A stretch of DNA of 27,135 nucleotides from Gemmatimonadota bacterium (GTDB lineage Bacteria; Gemmatimonadota; Gemmatimonadetes; Palauibacterales; Palauibacteraceae): positions 1-27,135 of the forward strand of contig JBDHAC010000047.1 in NCBI GenBank assembly GCA_039588275.1. Direction: 5' to 3'. Made by a program: the position numbers and the translations under genes. Positions 9,372-17,753 of the stretch are shown here, one piece after another; the stretch's first letter is position 1; every line of letters begins with the position of its first letter. Under the pieces are notes generated by a model that did not search any database, was not told where the DNA came from, and saw only the letters and a list, made by a program, of their open reading frames with translations.

Positions 9372-10150
9372 ATGGTCGACCCCGGGTCCGGTTGCTGGTC
9401 TCGGTCTCGCGGGGCCGTCGGCGTCAATGGTGCTCCAAACGCCACCGCGGCGACGAAGCCCGGTGCGGGACGGAAGACCAGGGGAGCGGATCCTCGTCCC
9501 TCTCTCCCTCTCCGCCTGGCCTTCAGGCTGCCCAATAGGCCTTCTCCACTCGCCTTCGCGCGGGCCTCGGCGGAGGTCCAGGCGGCGAAGAACAGTTGTG
9601 CCTTACGCATGGCGGTCGGAGCTCGACGGATCGCCTGGTACTCATCGGCCAAGAGCCAACGTTCCGCGATCTCCTCCATGTGCATGATCGGCCTAAGCCG
9701 CTCCACATCGATCCCGACAGGGGCCCGGTGACTGACGGCGATCAGCATGAGCTCGTCCGAGTGCGAGAGATTGAAGTGCAGGCGCGATCCACTCGTCGGA
9801 CCTGGCGGATCGCGAAGCAAGGGCTTCCCGGCGTCTCCGTAGCGGAACGTGAGCTCGTGCGGTGACTTGCCTGTGTATCGTGCGAGCACGAGGCGGAGCA
9901 CACCGCGCCCCACCGTGCACCGCCTTCGGTGCCGGCTGGATCGCAACCTGGCGCACCTCGCTCGATCGTCCTGAGACAGGGTGCTCCGGAGGTCGGCGAC
10001 GCTCGCAGGAGGATGCTGTAGCGAAGCGCGCCATACATGAATCTCGGGTCCACCCGCATCGACGAACCGCACTGCCTCGGTCGCCTCACAGTCCTCGATC
10101 GCTCTTACGATCAGGGTCGGCCTTGGAGCGCGACTGGAGCTCTGTATCAC
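9368..10150 (-). CDS. Sfp-type 4'-phosphopantetheinyl transferase
   Basis: Motifs EIHVW, R-x-VL-x-RY, YGDAGKP, FNLSHS, VGIDVE, FF-x2-WTSAEA-x2-KA-x-G-x-GL and PAPGFVAAVA. The start is placed at GTG 10150 because SD AAGGAG lies 5 nt upstream (the ORF track starts at 10222). The stop overlaps the fdrA start (ATGA, 9368-9371). Confidence 0.9.
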   Translation of the reverse strand: MIQSSSRAPRPTLIVRAIEDCEATEAVRFVDAGGPEIHVWRASLQHPPASVADLRSTLSQDDRARCARLRSSRHRRRCTVGRGVLRLVLARYTGKSPHELTFRYGDAGKPLLRDPPGPTSGSRLHFNLSHSDELMLIAVSHRAPVGIDVERLRPIMHMEEIAERWLLADEYQAIRRAPTAMRKAQLFFAAWTSAEARAKASGEGLLGSLKARRRGREGRGSAPLVFRPAPGFVAAVAFGAPLTPTAPRDRDQQPDPGSTI

Positions 10151-10362
10151 CCCGACTCCTTCCACCTGGAGGCTCTCAATAGTCCATGCCGCATGGAGCA
10201 TCTGGCAACCGTACGACGTCACCCAGCGAGTAGTCGCGACCGATGGCCAACTCTCTTACACAGTGCTTGTTGTCGTGGGACCACGCGCCCGCCTAGGTTG
10301 CCGGTGGCGGAGCATGCCGCCGGGTCGTCCGGTGCCAAGCAGCATTCAGGGGGGAGGTGGGG

Positions 10363-11073
10363 ATGTCTCTAAAGCGGAATGGATTCACGCTCCTGGAGCT
10401 GTCCATCGTGCTCCTCGTCATCACGGTGCTCGCCGCCATCGCCTGGCCCGTGTACTCGGGGATCAGGGAGCGGGCACAGATCGCGGCGATGCAGAGCGAC
10501 CTGAGGAACCTGGCCACCGCGCAGGAAGTCTACTTCAGCGACCGCCAGGCTTATGCGTTCGCCGCGTCGCAGCTGGATGATAGTATGCGAGAATCGCCGG
10601 ACGTGTCGGTGTTCATCGACAGCGGGACGGCGACCGGCTGGGGCGGGACGGCCACGCACGCCGGGACTCTCGTGTCCTGCCGCATCGCCAACAGCCGCAG
10701 CGGCTATCAGTCGCCGGTGTGTGACGACCAGGTAAAGCTGAAGATCCTCCAGCCCCGTCCGGGAGCGCTGATCCGTGGCGATGAGGTCGTCGTGTCGCTG
10801 GGTGCCGCCGGCATCGAGCTCGCGCGCGAAGGCGGTGGAAATGGCGCACACCACCACCTGTTTCTCGACCGCGACCCATCACGATCCGGAGAGGTGATCC
10901 CCGAGGGGGTGTCGGACGTGATTCACCTGGGTCCGGGGCAGAGCGAGTTTCGGATCCGCGGCCTGGCATCGGGCGACCACCAGATCATCGCGGCGCTGGC
11001 GGACGAGTCGCACGTTCCCCTGGCGGGTGCACCGGTGGACACGGTGCGCTTTTCGGTGCGGCGTGGGTCCTAG
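10363..11073 (+). CDS. Type IV pilin-like protein fused to a C-terminal DUF4399-like His-rich domain
   Basis: Class III signal MSLKRNG|FTLLELSIVLLVITVLAAIAWP (Gly-1, Phe+1, Glu+5). The pilin body AAMQSDLRNLATAQEVYF...GWGGTATH has a Cys pair. From about 10735: ILQP-x2-GA...GAHHHLFLD...IHLGPGQSE...GDHQIIAALADESHVP. SD GGAGG is upstream. Confidence 0.85.
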   Translation: MSLKRNGFTLLELSIVLLVITVLAAIAWPVYSGIRERAQIAAMQSDLRNLATAQEVYFSDRQAYAFAASQLDDSMRESPDVSVFIDSGTATGWGGTATHAGTLVSCRIANSRSGYQSPVCDDQVKLKILQPRPGALIRGDEVVVSLGAAGIELAREGGGNGAHHHLFLDRDPSRSGEVIPEGVSDVIHLGPGQSEFRIRGLASGDHQIIAALADESHVPLAGAPVDTVRFSVRRGS

Positions 11074-11202
11074 GCTATCGCCCAACCGAGCTCGAACGCC
11101 GTCTTGCCTTGCCGGCCCGCCCCTTTCCATTCCGTGCCTCCACGCGCGAACTTCAGGAAACCCGTCCCCCTTTTCGTGAGCCTGCACCGGCGGGATGAGA
11201 GA

Positions 11203-11601
11203 ATGACTGCGGTATCGACCAGGTTGACGCTTCCCGTCGCGACGGCGACCCTGCTGAGCGGGTGCCTGCTCGCAGCCGGGGCCGGAGCGGGTGGCGGCAT
11301 CTACCTCACCAACCAGGGCGTGGAATCGGTCGTCCCGGGTGGGGTGGAAGCGGTCGCCGCAGCTACCGAGCGAGCCTTCGAGCACTTCGATCTCACGCGG
11401 ACCGAGCTCCGGGTCGAAACAAACAGTCAGATGCTGCGTGCCGAGCCTTCGTCTGGTGGCGATCCGGAAGTCACCGTCACGATTCGGCCGGAGGGGGAAC
11501 GGTCGTCAAGGGTCGAAGTGAAAGCACGCACCAGCGTCTTGACTTGGGACAAGGACTACGCCCGAGAGGTGATCGAGAAGATCGTGGAGTACGCTCACTG
11601 A
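11203..11601 (+). CDS. DUF3568-like lipoprotein
   Basis: Lipobox LSGC is followed by LLAAGAGAGGGIY, typical of DUF3568. The C-terminus has VTVTI...SRVEVKAR...WDKDYAREVIEKI. ATG 11203 is chosen as start because it gives a normal signal length. Confidence 0.75.
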   Translation: MTAVSTRLTLPVATATLLSGCLLAAGAGAGGGIYLTNQGVESVVPGGVEAVAAATERAFEHFDLTRTELRVETNSQMLRAEPSSGGDPEVTVTIRPEGERSSRVEVKARTSVLTWDKDYAREVIEKIVEYAH

Positions 11602-11659
11602 CGATCTCGGTCAGGCAGGGATCACTCGAGGCCGCGATAGCACCAACAGGAGGCCCACG

Positions 11660-11911
11660 ATGGACGAGGAACTGATCGGAACGGTGACTCATTACTTCGC
11701 CAAGCCCGAGGTCGGCGTCCTCAAGCTGACAGCGTCGATCTCGATCGGCGACGTGCTCCACTTCATCGGGCACACCACCGACTTCGAGCAAGAAGTCACC
11801 TCGATGCAGGTCGAGCACGGACCTATCGACACGGCCCAGGCTGGCGACGAGGTCGCGATCAAAGTGGGAGAGCGCGTGCGAGAGCACGACCAGGTGTTCA
11901 AAGTGACCTGA
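11660..11911 (+). CDS. Small translation-elongation-factor-like (EF-Tu domain II-like / U32 peptidase C-terminal-like) beta-barrel protein
   Basis: IG-x-VTHYF-x-K-x2-V-x-V...GD-x-LHF-x-GHTTDFEQ-x-V-x-SMQVEH...A-x-AGDEVAIKV-x-ERVR-x-HD-x-VFKV, with SD AGGAGG. Confidence 0.85.
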   Translation: MDEELIGTVTHYFAKPEVGVLKLTASISIGDVLHFIGHTTDFEQEVTSMQVEHGPIDTAQAGDEVAIKVGERVREHDQVFKVT

Positions 11912-12188
11912 GACGGCCCGGTATTCGCGGGTCGAGCGCTCCGCCCGGTACATACCGGGGCACACTCCCCGCCAGCCTCCAAACAGGGCGTCTCGCTCGC
12001 AACGCCGTGATAGTCGACGGCGACGCCCCCCGACGGACTCCCGGGTGGACCTGCCTCTAAAGCGTTGCGGTATATTCACTTGACAGGTACCTGACCGGCC
12101 TTCCTGACCTTCCTTCAATAACACGGCGATCGCGCCGACGTCCAGGACCGGACGAGACGATCGATCGCTCATCGAAGGGAGGTACATT

Positions 12189-13346
12189 ATGAGGCGGCTC
12201 GCCGTCCCCCTCATCCTCATCCTGGTTATGGCCGCGTGCAGCGATCGGTCGCCCCTCGGGCCAAGCACCCGCGCGAACCCAGAGCGGGCGGGCTCGCCCG
12301 CTCTCGACGTGCTGACCTGGAACGTCTACGTCGGCGCTCAGGTGCAGGATCTGCTCCTGATCGAGGACCCCAACCAGATCCCGTTCGAGGTAGCGCGCGT
12401 GTTCGGGAAGATCATGGAAACGAACTTCCCCGAACGCGCCGATGCGATCGCGGACCAGATCGTGGCTGCGCGCCCGCATGTGGTGGGGCTCCAGGAAGTG
12501 TCGCTGGTCCGGCTGCAGTCACCGGGCGATTACCTGGCAGGCAACCCGGTTCCGGCTACCACGCCCGTCCAGGACTGGCTGAGCATCCTCCAGCAGGCAC
12601 TCGCCGACCGGGGCGCCGACTACATCGTGGTGGCAACGGTGACCAACTTCGACGTCGAGGCCCCGATGGTGAACTTCGGCACCGGCGGGCTGGATGACGC
12701 GCGGCTTACCGATTTCGACGTTCTGATGGTGCGCGCGGACGTTCCGTGGTCGAACGCGCAAGCGGGCAACTACGCGGCCGTGCTTCCAATCTCGCTCGGT
12801 GGCGTGGAACTCCCTAAGCCCAGCGGCTGGAACAGGGTCGACATTAGGCTGAAGGGACTCACGTATCGGATCATCAACGCGCACCTGGAGGCTGCCGACC
12901 TGGCGCCCGGGATCGTCGATCCACAACTGGCGGCGCTTCAATCCGCTCAGGCGTCAGAGCTGGTAGCCATGGCGGACGCGTCGCCGCACCCGGTGGTTCT
13001 GGTGGGTGACCTCAACACCGCCGCCGACGGAACCACGACGACGACGTACCAGGACCTCCTGGCCGCCGGGTTCGTGGATGCGTGGACGGTCGGTCCTCCT
13101 CGGGGCTTGGGGTACAGCTCGGGGCAGGACAAGGATCTGCGGAATCCCGCATCCAAGCTCCGCCACCGAATCGACTACATTCTGTATCGGGACGAGCGGA
13201 CCCGCGCCGGGAAGCACTTCAACGGCAGCGTTCACATCGAGCGTATCGGTGAGGAACCGGCCGACAAGACCGTGACCGGCATGTGGCCGTCCGACCACGC
13301 GGGCTTGTTCGGCTCGCTCCGAATCGCGCCCGGTCTCGGACGCTGA
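12189..13346 (+). CDS. Endonuclease/exonuclease/phosphatase (EEP) family lipoprotein
   Basis: Lipobox MAAC and catalytic motifs TWNV, GLQEV, NAHLE, GDLN, RIDY and PSDH. SD GGGAGG is upstream. Confidence 0.9.
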   Translation: MRRLAVPLILILVMAACSDRSPLGPSTRANPERAGSPALDVLTWNVYVGAQVQDLLLIEDPNQIPFEVARVFGKIMETNFPERADAIADQIVAARPHVVGLQEVSLVRLQSPGDYLAGNPVPATTPVQDWLSILQQALADRGADYIVVATVTNFDVEAPMVNFGTGGLDDARLTDFDVLMVRADVPWSNAQAGNYAAVLPISLGGVELPKPSGWNRVDIRLKGLTYRIINAHLEAADLAPGIVDPQLAALQSAQASELVAMADASPHPVVLVGDLNTAADGTTTTTYQDLLAAGFVDAWTVGPPRGLGYSSGQDKDLRNPASKLRHRIDYILYRDERTRAGKHFNGSVHIERIGEEPADKTVTGMWPSDHAGLFGSLRIAPGLGR

Positions 13347-13425
13347 TTCGACGGCGCAACTCTTTCGCCCGTGTACCGTGGCGCGCCGTCCCCTCCGGCC
13401 CGGGGTGGCGGTGCGCCCTCAACCC

Positions 13426-13453
13426 TTGACCTCCGGCCTGGGCGCTCTAGTGT
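13426..13453 (+). promoter_or_regulatory. Candidate sigma70-type promoter for the kinase-regulator operon
   Basis: TTGACC (13426-13431), a 16-nt spacer and TAGTGT (13448-13453), about 20 nt upstream of the kinase ORF. Confidence 0.4.
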
Positions 13454-13474
13454 ACCCTCGGTACTTATCGCCGT

Positions 13475-15817
13475 TTGGCAGCACAAGTGCCGAGGAGGCT
13501 CAGTATTCCTTCCCTACGGGATCGTCTCCGGGAGGCGCTCGCACCCACGTATGTGGTCGAGCGGAAGGTCGCCACCGGAGGCATGGCGTCCGTCTACCGG
13601 GGCTACGACCCCTCGTTGGACCGGCCGGTCGCCATCAAGGTCCTTCGCCCCGAGCTCGCTACCGCCCGCGGCGCGGAACGTTTCCTTCGTGAGGCACGCC
13701 ACCTCGCGCACGTCAGCCACCCGAACGTCGTCGCGATCCACGAGGTTGGAGAGGCCGCGGGACTCTTCTTCTACGTGATGGACTTCCTGGCGGCTCCGAC
13801 GCTCGCGGAGCTGCTGGAGCGCGGGGCGCTCTCGCAGCGCGAGTCGGTCCGCGTGGCGGTCGACCTCCTGAAGGCTCTGGACGCAGTCCACGGGGCCGGT
13901 ATCGTCCACCGCGATGTGAAGCCAGCCAACGTGTTCGTGACGGACGACCGCGTGCTCCTCGGCGATTTCGGGATCGCCAAGACCGTCGACGCGCAGGGGG
14001 CGGATCCGCTGACGACCGAGGGGCAGGTCGTCGGTACGCCCGGGTATATGGCGCCCGAGCAGGATGTCGGCGAGGAGGTGACCCCTCGCTCCGACCTGTA
14101 CGCGGTGGGTCTCGTCCTCTTTCAGTGTCTCACGGGGATGAACTTCGGCGAAGCAAACACCCTTCCCGCCGACGCCACGTGGTCGCGCGTTCCGGCGAGT
14201 CTCCGAAAACCCATCGAGCACGCCCTCGCTCGCGATCCCGCGGAGCGGTGGCCCGACGCGGGCGCGTTCAGGGATGCCCTTCAGGCGGCGACCCCGAGCG
14301 GCACTTCAGCCCCTCGTACCCCGATCACGCGGCGTCGGCTGGCCGCCGCGGTGCTCGGGCTGGTGGCGCTTTCGACCGTGATAGGCGTCCTGTTCTGGGG
14401 GCGTGGTGACTCGCCGCCCGTCGACCTGGTCGCGTGGCTGCCCTGCGACGACCTCAGTAGGGAGGGCGATCAGACGTACGTCGCCGGCAACCTGGCCGAG
14501 GAGATGACGAACCGGCTGTCGACGATCCCGGGACTGCGTGGCGTGCCGCGACCGACCGCCTCGGCCGTCAAGCAGCTTGGACTGAGTCCCGAGGAAATCG
14601 GGGACCTGATCAACGTGGGTGCGGTCGTCGAATGCGACGTGCTGAGGGAAGGCGACTCGATCGAGGTCGGTGTCCGGCTGTCCGACGCGCGAACGGGGGA
14701 CTTGCTCCTGGAGGAACACTACGAGGGCGCGTGGTCCGGCGTGTTCGCGATCCAGGAGGAGATGACCGGCGACGTAGCCGCTGCGCTCCCCGGCATCGAG
14801 GCGCCGACTGCAGCGCCGCCGACCCTGCCCAATCTGGAGGCCTACGACCTCTACATGCTCGGGCGGCACCGATGGTGGGAGCGCACCGGCCCCGCGTTGA
14901 GCCAGGCGGAGGAGTGGTTCTTGAACGCGGTCGAGGCGGACCCGACCTACGCCCGAGCGCACGCCGGGCTGGCCGATGTCTACCTAGTCCTCACCGCACG
15001 TGGCCTGCGTGACCTGTTCCCCGACTCTGCCTTCCGCGTCGCGCGCCAGCACGCGGAAGACGCGATCCGGCTGGACAGCACGTTGGCCGAGCCGTTCGCC
15101 GCGCTCGCCGAAGCCAAGCGGGCGTACTTCTGGGAGGATTGGATCGAGGCGGAGGACGATTACCTGCGAGCCATCGAGCTCAACCCGAGCTATGCGCTCG
15201 CGCACACGTGGTACTCGCTCTACCTGTCGGCGATGGGGCGGCACGACTCGGCGGTCGCCGAGGCGAGCGAAGCGGTCCGGCTGGATTATCTTTCACCCAA
15301 CATGGCGACCGGGTTGGCCGTCGCTCACTTTTACGAGGGCGACTTCGAGCGAGCACTCGCGGCCGCCGGAAGGGCCTTCGAGCTGGATCCGGCGTATACG
15401 GAGGCGCTCCTCTGGCAGGTCGGCGCTCTGCTCGCCACCGGAGCGCGCGATCAGGCTCTAGCGCTCCTCCAGGCCGCCGAGACCCAGGCGGCGGCCTCGC
15501 CCCCCGCCCCGCTCTACCATGCCGTGCTGGCGTACGGGTTCGCGGCGGCCGGCGAGCCTGATCATGCACGGACCATCCTGCGGCGCCTGCCGGCATCGCC
15601 GGAAATCGTCGAGACGTACGTCTCGCCCTTTTGGATGGCCGTGGCGAACGCGCACCTCGGAGAGACGGACCTCGCGATCGAGTGGCTGTCGGCCGCCTAT
15701 GATTGGCGCGATGAGTTCATGGTGCACCTGAGCGTGAGCCCGTTCATCGAGCCGCTGCGAAGCGATCCTCGCTACTCGGCCATCGAGGACAGCATGTCCG
15801 CTTTCCTCGGCCACTGA
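13475..15817 (+). CDS. Hanks-type Ser/Thr protein kinase with TM helix, TolB-like domain and TPR repeats
   Basis: Kinase motifs ATGGMASVY, VAIKVL, HPNVV, HRDVKPAN, DFG, GTPGYMAPE and SDLYAVG. TM helix LAAAVLGLVALSTVIGVLFW. TolB-like VAWLPC...LAEEMTNRLS. TPRs AVEADPTYARAHAGLA and RAIELNPSYALAHTWY, with the LRSDPRY tail. The exact start is uncertain. Confidence 0.92.
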   Translation: MAAQVPRRLSIPSLRDRLREALAPTYVVERKVATGGMASVYRGYDPSLDRPVAIKVLRPELATARGAERFLREARHLAHVSHPNVVAIHEVGEAAGLFFYVMDFLAAPTLAELLERGALSQRESVRVAVDLLKALDAVHGAGIVHRDVKPANVFVTDDRVLLGDFGIAKTVDAQGADPLTTEGQVVGTPGYMAPEQDVGEEVTPRSDLYAVGLVLFQCLTGMNFGEANTLPADATWSRVPASLRKPIEHALARDPAERWPDAGAFRDALQAATPSGTSAPRTPITRRRLAAAVLGLVALSTVIGVLFWGRGDSPPVDLVAWLPCDDLSREGDQTYVAGNLAEEMTNRLSTIPGLRGVPRPTASAVKQLGLSPEEIGDLINVGAVVECDVLREGDSIEVGVRLSDARTGDLLLEEHYEGAWSGVFAIQEEMTGDVAAALPGIEAPTAAPPTLPNLEAYDLYMLGRHRWWERTGPALSQAEEWFLNAVEADPTYARAHAGLADVYLVLTARGLRDLFPDSAFRVARQHAEDAIRLDSTLAEPFAALAEAKRAYFWEDWIEAEDDYLRAIELNPSYALAHTWYSLYLSAMGRHDSAVAEASEAVRLDYLSPNMATGLAVAHFYEGDFERALAAAGRAFELDPAYTEALLWQVGALLATGARDQALALLQAAETQAAASPPAPLYHAVLAYGFAAAGEPDHARTILRRLPASPEIVETYVSPFWMAVANAHLGETDLAIEWLSAAYDWRDEFMVHLSVSPFIEPLRSDPRYSAIEDSMSAFLGH

Positions 15818-15825
15818 CGACCGGC

Positions 15826-17733
15826 GTGCCCATGATCCGCTGTCGCACGCTCGGGCCACTTCAGATCACCGTCGATGGCGAGCCGCCACCACCGGAGCTG
15901 ACTTGGCGCAAGAACGCCGCTTTGCTCGTCTATCTCGCACGTTCGCCGTACCGGACCCGCACGCGCGAGCATCTGTGTGGCCTGCTATGGGGCGAGAAGC
16001 CGGAGTCGGCCGCGCGGCACTCGTTGAACGAGGCGCTGCGGGCCCTGCGCCGGTGCGCGGCAGAGGACGTCGTGCAGTCCGAGGGTCGGCAGGTCACGCT
16101 GTCCGAAGAGTGCGTCCGCCTGGATACCGAGCAGTTCGAGCGCAGTCTGGGACGCGAGCAGTGGGAGATCGCCGCCAGCCTCGTCGCCGGGCCGTTCATG
16201 GATGGCTTCGGCGTACCGGACGCTTCGCCGCTCGAGGATTGGCTCACGACCGAGCGGCGGCTGTGGCAGCGCCATTCGGTCCAGGCCCTGTCGATGTACG
16301 CCGACGACTGTCTCGCTCGTGGGGACATCGTGGGGGCGACCGGGGCAGCCGGCGAAGCCCTGGCGCTGGATCCGCTTTCGAACGCCGCTACCCGCACGAC
16401 CATGCGGGCTGCGGCCCTCACCGGAGAGCGAGCCGCTGCCCTCGAGATCTACGAGGCGTTCGCGTCGCGCCTCCAGGACGCGCTTGCCGTCGAGCCGGAG
16501 CCCGAAACGATGCGGCTGGCCGATCGAGTTCGACTGGAGCGCACCTGGCGTCTTCCCGAGATCCTGACCGAGGAGGAGCGCACCACGCGTCGGCCGCCGG
16601 TTGTGGGTCGTGAGTCCGAGCTCGCGGAGCTTCACGAGGTCTGGACGCGGTGTGTCCGGGAAGGGAGGGGCGCGCTGCTGGCGGTCTCGGGGGATCCGGG
16701 GATCGGCAAGACACGGCTGGCCGAGGAGGTCGCCGCGCGCGCGCGGCTCGACGGCGGGACCGTGGTCGGCATCCGAGCCGTGCCCGTCGATGTCGAGGTG
16801 CGGTTGGGCGGGATGATCGGGTTGTGTCGAGGCGGACTCGTGGAAGCTCCCGGGCTCCTGGCGGCGCCGTCGCACGCGCTGGCTTCGGTCGCGGCGGAGC
16901 TACCCGATTGGGCGGAGCGATTCGCCGACGAGATCCACGGTGCGGAGCCGATGCCGCTCCCGCGAGCGGTGAGCGAGATCCTCAGAGCGGTGACCGAGGA
17001 GCAGCCCCTCCTGCTGTTCGTAGACGACGCGGAGTGGCTGGACGCGGAGTCGCGGGAGGTGCTGACCGGGCTGTTGCGCGACCTGAGCGGGCTTCCGTTC
17101 GCCCTGTTCTTGACCGTCGCGGGCCCCACGGGGCGGGATCTCGTGGATGAGCTGCGCGATCGAGCCGATGCGGATCAGCTCGGCGCCTCGCTCTCCCTCG
17201 AGCCGCTCGACGCCGGTGACATCCGGCGGCTGACCGCGTTCACGCTTCCCGAGTACGGAGACGAGGAGCTCGACCGTCTGACTCGGCGAATCGAGGCCGA
17301 TTCCGCCGGTCTCCCGCTCCTGGCCGTCGAGCTCGTGAACGCGGTCCGGCTCGGCCTCGAGTTGGACGACACGATCTCGGCGTGGCCTCAGACGGCGATG
17401 ACGCTCGATCAGACCATGCCCGGAGATCTTCCGGACGCGGTGGTCTCTTCGATTCGCGTGGGCTTTCGCAGGCTCTCCCCGGAGGCGCAGCAGGTTCTCG
17501 CAGCAGCGTCGGTCCTCGGCGAACGCGTCGCCGCGGACGCGTTGACGCGTGCCACCGAACTGACTCAGTCGGAGGTGAACGCGGGCCTGGACGAGCTCGA
17601 GTGGCAGCGATGGTTGTGCTCCGAGCCGCGAGGATACGCGTTCGTCGCCAGGATCGTGCAGCGGGTGGTGGCCGACGACATGCTGACGCCCGGGCAGCGG
17701 CGGCGGATCCAGGAGGCTGTCGCCGCCCCCTGA
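15826..17733 (+). CDS. SARP-like regulator: wHTH + BTAD + AAA/STAND-type ATPase, with no C-terminal sensor
   Basis: N-terminal TLGPL...ALLVYLA...REHLCGLLWGE...ARHSLNEALRALRR. BTAD segment GPFMDGF...EDWLTTERR...ALALDPL...EPEPET. VGRESEL, Walker A GDPGIGKT, Walker B LLFVDD, SAGLPL and VLAAASVLG. It begins 8 nt after the kinase stop. Confidence 0.88.
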   Translation: MPMIRCRTLGPLQITVDGEPPPPELTWRKNAALLVYLARSPYRTRTREHLCGLLWGEKPESAARHSLNEALRALRRCAAEDVVQSEGRQVTLSEECVRLDTEQFERSLGREQWEIAASLVAGPFMDGFGVPDASPLEDWLTTERRLWQRHSVQALSMYADDCLARGDIVGATGAAGEALALDPLSNAATRTTMRAAALTGERAAALEIYEAFASRLQDALAVEPEPETMRLADRVRLERTWRLPEILTEEERTTRRPPVVGRESELAELHEVWTRCVREGRGALLAVSGDPGIGKTRLAEEVAARARLDGGTVVGIRAVPVDVEVRLGGMIGLCRGGLVEAPGLLAAPSHALASVAAELPDWAERFADEIHGAEPMPLPRAVSEILRAVTEEQPLLLFVDDAEWLDAESREVLTGLLRDLSGLPFALFLTVAGPTGRDLVDELRDRADADQLGASLSLEPLDAGDIRRLTAFTLPEYGDEELDRLTRRIEADSAGLPLLAVELVNAVRLGLELDDTISAWPQTAMTLDQTMPGDLPDAVVSSIRVGFRRLSPEAQQVLAAASVLGERVAADALTRATELTQSEVNAGLDELEWQRWLCSEPRGYAFVARIVQRVVADDMLTPGQRRRIQEAVAAP

Positions 17734-17753
17734 TTGCCGTGCTCTTGTGGTGG

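Noticed and set aside
3169..10150. Lys2/Lys5-like link between the aminoadipate-semialdehyde dehydrogenase and the PPTase
   Set aside because: The ALDH7 protein has no carrier or adenylation domain and needs no phosphopantetheine. The genes are on opposite strands in separate units.
12177..12188. AGGGAGGTACAT shared upstream of the EEP gene and copy B (23230-23241, minus strand)
   Set aside because: Most of the match is explained by a strong Shine-Dalgarno sequence. The remainder is too short to imply co-regulation.
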